A stretch of DNA of 46,001 bases. It comes from a virus. This document shows positions 41,479 through 46,001 of this stretch, in pieces. Numbering within the stretch: the first letter of the stretch is position 1; each line of letters begins with the position of its first letter. A program made the translations under genes and the position numbers. Where the stretch lies: IMG/VR virus record IMGVR_UViG_3300029536_000014, positions 1 to 46,001 of that record. One strand, written 5' to 3'. Under the pieces are notes generated by a model that worked only from the letters and a program-made list of their open reading frames with translations, did not search any database and was not told the DNA's origin.

Positions 41479-41720
41479 GCAAATCAGTATTAGTGATTGA
41501 TACACCAGAAAACTGTGGAAAATGTAAATTTATAAGTACTTTCTGGTGCAGAGCAACGGGTGACAGGAGAGTTCCAAACAATGATGTAATTCCTGTTTGG
41601 TGTCCGCTGGATCCACTGCCGGAGAAAGATATGGAAAGCTATTTTCCAGACGAATTTGGAGATGGATATGCTACTGGCTGGAACGCTTGTATTGATGCAA
41701 TTACGGGAGAGGTGAAGTAG
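41475..41720 (+). CDS. Cys-rich small protein
   Basis: 81 aa. ENCGKCKF...WCPLDPLPEK is a pattern common in Firmicutes phages. Confidence 0.55.
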   Translation: MSKSVLVIDTPENCGKCKFISTFWCRATGDRRVPNNDVIPVWCPLDPLPEKDMESYFPDEFGDGYATGWNACIDAITGEVK

Positions 41721-42152
41721 ATGGAGAGATTAACAAAATGGGAAGATGGTAGTATCACATATAACGAAAAACGAGAGCTTGAGTGTGGTGAATATTGCGA
41801 TAGCTGCTCACAGGGCGCAGGAAATTGCAAAACAGTAGAGAATATGATTAAAAAGCTTGCCACTTATGAAGACTTAGAAGAACAGGGCTTGCTTGTGAGA
41901 TTGCCAGATGATTTAAACAGAATATTGTATCAAGTAAATTATAGATGGAAATGCACAGAATACGGTGAGGAAAATAATAAATGTGAAATCTATGATTGCA
42001 AATGTGAATGTGATATCAGGAAAGAATATTATATAGCCGAAGTTGATTTGCAATATATTTCGATTAAAAGCTATTATAATTGTCTTGGCGAATTTTTATT
42101 CCTCACCCGTGAAGCAGCTGAGAAGAAGTTGGAGGAGATGAAGAAAAAATGA
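41721..42152 (+). CDS. Cys-rich hypothetical protein
   Basis: 143 aa. MERLTKWEDG...KKLATYEDLEEQGLLVRLP is a common Firmicutes phage pattern. Confidence 0.55.
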   Translation: MERLTKWEDGSITYNEKRELECGEYCDSCSQGAGNCKTVENMIKKLATYEDLEEQGLLVRLPDDLNRILYQVNYRWKCTEYGEENNKCEIYDCKCECDIRKEYYIAEVDLQYISIKSYYNCLGEFLFLTREAAEKKLEEMKKK

Positions 42153-42796
42153 ATTCCATAATTGTTTATTGGGATGATATTGTTGATAAGTTTGATACTT
42201 ATCAAATAATAGATAAATTTGTTTATGATTCGTTTACGATGCTTCTTAGTCCTAATGAATATGCTCAAACAGGGTTGATTTTTGAAATAGCAACTAATAA
42301 CGGGAATCCTAATGAATGCTCTTGCAAAGCCATCTTCGTAGACTTAGAAAAAGAAAAAGAGGTATACATAGGAGAATTTAATTGGAGTGTGCATGGTGAA
42401 TATACTACTGTAGAGATATACGAAAAAGATAGAGAATACGAGGAAGCTTATGCAAACTGGGCAGGTAATATATATGCAATAATGTCTTATATAATGACAA
42501 CTGAAAGAAAAAGAGTGGAAAAGCAAAGACCCATACAAAAGGTAAGCTCGAAAAAGAAATATAAAAATAAAAGTGAAAATAAGAGCATCTATCTTCTTTC
42601 GGAAATTGTGGATTATGTAAATGATAATGGTTTGCTGATAAAACCAAGTGGAAATCACAAAATAACTTGTCCTTGTTGGAGCGTAAGAGGACATTACAGA
42701 ACGTACAAGAGCGGTAAGAAAGTATTTGTAAAGTCTTTCGAGAAAGGGAAAGAACGTGGAAAAGTAGCACCAAAACAGCATGTTTATACGATTTGA
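42149..42796 (+). CDS. Hypothetical protein with a basic C-terminal domain
   Basis: 215 aa containing ITCPCWSVRGHYRTYKSGKKVFVKSFEKGK. Confidence 0.55.
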   Translation: MNSIIVYWDDIVDKFDTYQIIDKFVYDSFTMLLSPNEYAQTGLIFEIATNNGNPNECSCKAIFVDLEKEKEVYIGEFNWSVHGEYTTVEIYEKDREYEEAYANWAGNIYAIMSYIMTTERKRVEKQRPIQKVSSKKKYKNKSENKSIYLLSEIVDYVNDNGLLIKPSGNHKITCPCWSVRGHYRTYKSGKKVFVKSFEKGKERGKVAPKQHVYTI

Positions 42797-42810
42797 GAGG
42801 AGTGGCAACT

Positions 42811-43005
42811 ATGCCAGATAAACTCACACCAGAAATAACCCCGCAACTCGCCATATCAGCATTCGCAGTACTACATCAATATTGCAGCTCAATCAGTCCA
42901 CATGACTGCATCAGATGCACGTTTTACGAACATTGCCCGGAATGTTTCATGGGGTGTCCAGGAGATCAGGGCGAGACGATCAGAAAATTGCGTAACAATG
43001 AATAA
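42811..43005 (+). CDS. Cys-rich small protein
   Basis: 64 aa from ATG 42811 (GAGGAG upstream). Contains HDCIRCTFYEHCPECFMGCPG. Confidence 0.5.
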   Translation: MPDKLTPEITPQLAISAFAVLHQYCSSISPHDCIRCTFYEHCPECFMGCPGDQGETIRKLRNNE

Positions 43006-43010
43006 AATTA

Positions 43011-43038
43011 GAGAGTCGGTATTTACCGGCTCTTTTTT
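43011..43038 (+). terminator. Intrinsic terminator closing the early region
   Basis: GAGTCGG / CCGGCTC stem with a 6-nt loop, followed by TTTTTT. Confidence 0.8.
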
Positions 43039-43057
43039 AGCACAAAATTCCTCAAAC

Positions 43058-43093
43058 ATGTACCACAACTTTTCCGCCAACCTATGATAGAAT
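43058..43093 (+). promoter_or_regulatory. Conserved bipartite phage promoter element, copy 3 (upstream of the terminase)
   Basis: ATGTACCACAACTTTT (43058-43073), a 12-nt spacer, then TGaTAGAAT (43084-43093). Lies right after a terminator and 54 nt before the terminase start. Confidence 0.6.
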
Positions 43094-43146
43094 ATACTCA
43101 GAAGTGTTACTATGGGATTTTATAGCTTAATTCAGAAAGGATATGA

Positions 43147-44718
43147 TTGGATGTTGATAGGATGGCAAATGATCAGAATTTAAATAATAGAGCGGCGACA
43201 CAGTTTCGAAGCGGTGAGGAAGCGGTGAGAAATGGGAAAAAAGGCGGTATCGCATCTGGATATTCTAGGAGACAAAAAAAAGCCCTTTCTGATTATGTGA
43301 AAATTATAGCTGAAAGCCCTGCATCAAGTACTGCAAAAAAGAAACTTGCAAAAATGGGGATTGCTGACGAAGACGCAAATAACATGGCAGTCGTAGCAAC
43401 TTCTCTGTATAAAAAAGCGGCAGATGGAAATATACAGGCTATCGAAAAATGGGAGCAGCTAACAGCAGCTTCAAAAGACGATGATGAAAAATATGAACTT
43501 CCTGCCAGAGTACTTGGCAAGGCGTTCGTGGATATTAACCGACAGATTAAGCCTAATATTGAATATGTATTTGAGGGCGGTCGTGGTGGCCTAAAATCGT
43601 CGTTTGTAGCCTTTAAGATTGTTGAGCTTATCAAGAATAATCCCCAGATGCACGCCTGCATTACAAGACAAGTAGCCGGTACTCTGAAAGATTCTGTATA
43701 TGCTAACATGAAATGGGCTATCAATGAACTGGGATTGATGGAAGAATTTGAATGCAAGGTGTCGCCACTTGAGATCAAGTATATTAAGACAGGGCAGACA
43801 ATATACTTCCGTGGTCTGGACGATGAAACCAAACTGAAATCTATTAAGCCGGAATTTGGATATATCGGAATCCTTTGGAAAGAAGAAAAAGACCAGATGA
43901 AGGGAGATGCTCAGGAACGTTCTGTTAATCAGTCAGTACTTCGTGGCGGCGATGAATCCTATGATTTTTCATCGTATAACCCACCAAAATCAAAATCAAA
44001 CTGGGTAAACAGGATCAAGCTCACACCTAACCCGAAAAGAGTTATTCATCATTCGAGTTATTTGGAAGCCCCGGCGGAGTGGCTCGGACAGAAGTTTATT
44101 GACGATGCAGCACATCTGAAAGAAATCAATCCAGAAGCCTATGAACATGAATACCTGGGTGTTCCGAATGGCGATGGTGGAAACGTATTTGAATACCTAG
44201 AAATCAGAGATATTACAGATGAAGAAATTAGCCGCATGGATCGCATTTTTGCTGGTGTAGATTTTGGATGGTATCCTGACCAGTTCTGCTATCTCCGAAC
44301 TTATTACGATTCTGCTAGAGAGAAAATATATCTGATTGACGAATTGTATGTAAATAAATGGAGCAACTCCAAGACCGCTGATTGGATCAAGAAAAAAGGC
44401 TATGACGATTATACGATGATATGTGATTCTGCGGAGCCTAAGTCCGTGAATGATTTCCGGGACGCCGGACTTCCTGCCAGAGGAGCAATCAAAGGGCCGG
44501 GAAGTATCGAGTATGGTTTTAAGTTCTTACAGACTAAGACACTTGTCATTGACCCGAAGCGGACACCGAACGCATACAAAGAAATTACAGAATATGAGTA
44601 TGATCGGGACAAAGAGGGAAATGTAATAAGCGGTTATCCTGATGGAAACGATCATGCAATTTCGGCACTCAGGTATGCTTATGAGCCGTTATTTAACAGG
44701 AGGGGGTACAGTGCATAA
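43147..44718 (+). CDS. terL: Terminase large subunit (PBSX/XtmB-type) with an N-terminal small-subunit-like extension
   Basis: 523 aa from TTG 43147 (GAAAGGA upstream), or from ATG 43162. The TerL core starts near aa 125 (YVFEGGRGGLKSS is Walker A-like; WKEEKD). The N-terminus GGIASGYSRRQKK...AADGNIQAIEKWEQL is TerS-like. Confidence 0.85.
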   Translation: MDVDRMANDQNLNNRAATQFRSGEEAVRNGKKGGIASGYSRRQKKALSDYVKIIAESPASSTAKKKLAKMGIADEDANNMAVVATSLYKKAADGNIQAIEKWEQLTAASKDDDEKYELPARVLGKAFVDINRQIKPNIEYVFEGGRGGLKSSFVAFKIVELIKNNPQMHACITRQVAGTLKDSVYANMKWAINELGLMEEFECKVSPLEIKYIKTGQTIYFRGLDDETKLKSIKPEFGYIGILWKEEKDQMKGDAQERSVNQSVLRGGDESYDFSSYNPPKSKSNWVNRIKLTPNPKRVIHHSSYLEAPAEWLGQKFIDDAAHLKEINPEAYEHEYLGVPNGDGGNVFEYLEIRDITDEEISRMDRIFAGVDFGWYPDQFCYLRTYYDSAREKIYLIDELYVNKWSNSKTADWIKKKGYDDYTMICDSAEPKSVNDFRDAGLPARGAIKGPGSIEYGFKFLQTKTLVIDPKRTPNAYKEITEYEYDRDKEGNVISGYPDGNDHAISALRYAYEPLFNRRGYSA

Positions 44719-44719
44719 A

Positions 44720-44878
44720 ATGTTAGATAGGTACTTTTCAGATAAAATAAATAAATTCTTAAGCATCGGTTTAAAAATATATGGATCATCTGACATTAAC
44801 GAAATCTTAAAAGTTGTAGAATATGAAGACATTATTGTGCGAGATACTTCTGTAAGATGGATGGATTTTAAAAGGTAG
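44720..44878 (+). CDS. Small protein between terminase and portal
   Basis: 52 aa from ATG 44720; the track start 44642 lies inside terL. Confidence 0.45.
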   Translation: MLDRYFSDKINKFLSIGLKIYGSSDINEILKVVEYEDIIVRDTSVRWMDFKR

Positions 44879-44883
44879 ATTAA

Positions 44884-46001
44884 ATGGGACTTATAACAAC
44901 ACTAAAAAGGTGGTTTAACATGATTTTCAAAAAACAAGCCGAAGAGGACTTTAATATCCAGGCGTCAGAATTCCCGGAGATGGAATCACTGATTAACCGG
45001 TGTGCGAACATCTATAGGGGTGCGCCGGAATGGCTGGATGATGAGGATAATATCAAGACGATCAATTTCGCGAAAACTGTCTGCTCAGAGACAGCACGGC
45101 TCACAACGCTGGCAATCGGCATCCAGATCGGCGGTTCCGCAAGGGCTACATGGCTTCAGAAACAGATTAACAAGGTATATTTTCAGATACGTCACTGGGT
45201 AGAGTACGGTTGCGCCTATGGAACGGTTTTCATCAAGCCGAACGGTGAGAGCCTTGATGTATTTACTCCGGCAGATGTGATGATTGTGGATTATGACAAT
45301 CAGGAAATAAAAGGGATTATATTCAAGGATTCTTATACTGTTGGACGAAAATACTATACACGGCTTGAATATCATCGTTTTGTTGAAACCACCGTGGACG
45401 GCGTGACAACTTACCCATATTATGTTTCTAATAGAGCCTATGTATCAAAATCCCCTCAGTCAATTGGCAATAAGATTGACCTTAAACAGACCAAATGGGC
45501 TGATCTCATGGCAGATACGCCACCGATTCTCAAGGCAAACGGAGAAAAGCTGGACGGACCGCTTTTCGGAGTTCTACGGACGCCACAGGCGAACAATGTG
45601 GATATTAGCACACCACTGGGCTTGCCGGTTTTTGCTGAAGGCATTGAGGAGCTGGGAGACATTGATGTTGCGTATAGTCGGAACGCGGGGGAAATTAAAG
45701 ACTCTCAGAAGATTGCTCTGTTAGATGATAGACTACTGATGCCAAGCGGTACACCTGTTTCAGCCATGTCACCACGAGGTATGGAGAACAGGCGAAACGA
45801 GATGAAATTGCCGCATTATGTCAAGAACGTGTTCGGACAGGACGAAAAAGAGTTTTATCAGGAAATCAATCCACAGCTCAACACGGATGCACGGTTGGCC
45901 GGAATCAATGCGCTACTGTCACAGCTTAGCTACAAATGTGGATTTAGCAGTGGTTATTTTGTGTTTAACGAGAAAACTGGAATGGTGACGGCTACGCAGG
46001 T
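44884..46001 (+). CDS. Portal protein, N-terminal part (runs off the window and continues at nt 100-427 via the wrap)
   Basis: ATG 44884; the frame stays open to the window end, so it is absent from the ORF track. I translated it by hand: MGLITTLKRWFNMIFKKQAEEDF...SQLSYKCGFSSGYFVFNEKTGMVTATQ. Confidence 0.85.
   Translation, partial: MGLITTLKRWFNMIFKKQAEEDFNIQASEFPEMESLINRCANIYRGAPEWLDDEDNIKTINFAKTVCSETARLTTLAIGIQIGGSARATWLQKQINKVYFQIRHWVEYGCAYGTVFIKPNGESLDVFTPADVMIVDYDNQEIKGIIFKDSYTVGRKYYTRLEYHRFVETTVDGVTTYPYYVSNRAYVSKSPQSIGNKIDLKQTKWADLMADTPPILKANGEKLDGPLFGVLRTPQANNVDISTPLGLPVFAEGIEELGDIDVAYSRNAGEIKDSQKIALLDDRLLMPSGTPVSAMSPRGMENRRNEMKLPHYVKNVFGQDEKEFYQEINPQLNTDARLAGINALLSQLSYKCGFSSGYFVFNEKTGMVTATQ
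45903..46001. repeat. 99-nt terminal overlap of the window (copy of nt 1-99)
   Basis: Base-by-base identity with nt 1-99; lies inside the portal ORF, so it marks circular closure rather than a biological repeat. Confidence 0.95.

Larger units (their letters stand above)
1..45902. mobile_element. Complete circularly closed temperate siphovirus-type phage genome (unit length 45,902 bp)
   Basis: nt 1-99 are identical to nt 45903-46001 (assembly wrap). All modules are present: terminase, portal, head, connector, tail, lysis, attP/integrase, repressor switch, replication, early genes. 903-aa tape measure and no sheath gene. Confidence 0.85.

Noticed and set aside
45002-45724. Track ORFs 45002-45202, 45085-45375 (-) and 45422-45724
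   Set aside because: They are off-frame or antisense inside the portal gene, which the track missed because that gene runs off the window end.
1-46001. Diversity-generating retroelement or retron linked to the fibre genes or the ncRNA
   Set aside because: No ORF with reverse-transcriptase motifs (YxDD) is present anywhere in the genome, and I saw no template/variable repeat pair near the fibre genes.

Overview
The window is one complete, circularly closed genome (unit length 45,902 bp; nt 1-99 equal nt 45903-46001) of a temperate siphovirus-type phage. The host is probably a low-GC Gram-positive, Clostridia-like bacterium, judged from GGAGG ribosome-binding sites, a GH25/SH3 endolysin and a clostridial-type holin. 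Gene order on the + strand: fused TerS-like/TerL terminase (43147), portal (44884, wrapping to 427), MuF-like head protein, scaffold, major capsid, connectors, major tail protein, chaperones, 903-aa tape measure, 1248-aa tail fibre with an S74 chaperone domain, and endolysin. These are followed by attP (a tRNA 3' fragment flanked by arm repeats) and the integrase. Next come a lysogeny/accessory island, a cI/cro-like switch, a replication module (ATPase, SSB-like protein, ERCC4 nuclease, primase zinc finger, DUF927 helicase, iteron origin), an orphan C5 methyltransferase and about 20 small early genes. The head module is unusually fragmented by non-canonical cargo. The observations most worth follow-up are: (1) a protein-free, highly structured RNA locus of about 0.7 kb (7941-8639: large ncRNA, tRNA-like mimic, tRNA-CAU) under a phage-specific promoter; (2) three copies of a conserved bipartite promoter element (2150, 7945, 43058) plus a stand-alone sigma region-4-like protein; (3) an antisense three-gene moron (4365-5239) built like an acr-aca or toxin-antitoxin operon; (4) an orphan REC-LytTR response regulator with a glycine-zipper/SHOCT membrane protein next to the integrase; (5) a cluster of low-complexity, Cys-rich, spore-coat-like proteins (5317-7933). 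All functional calls come from reading the translated ORFs and motifs by eye; no database search was run.
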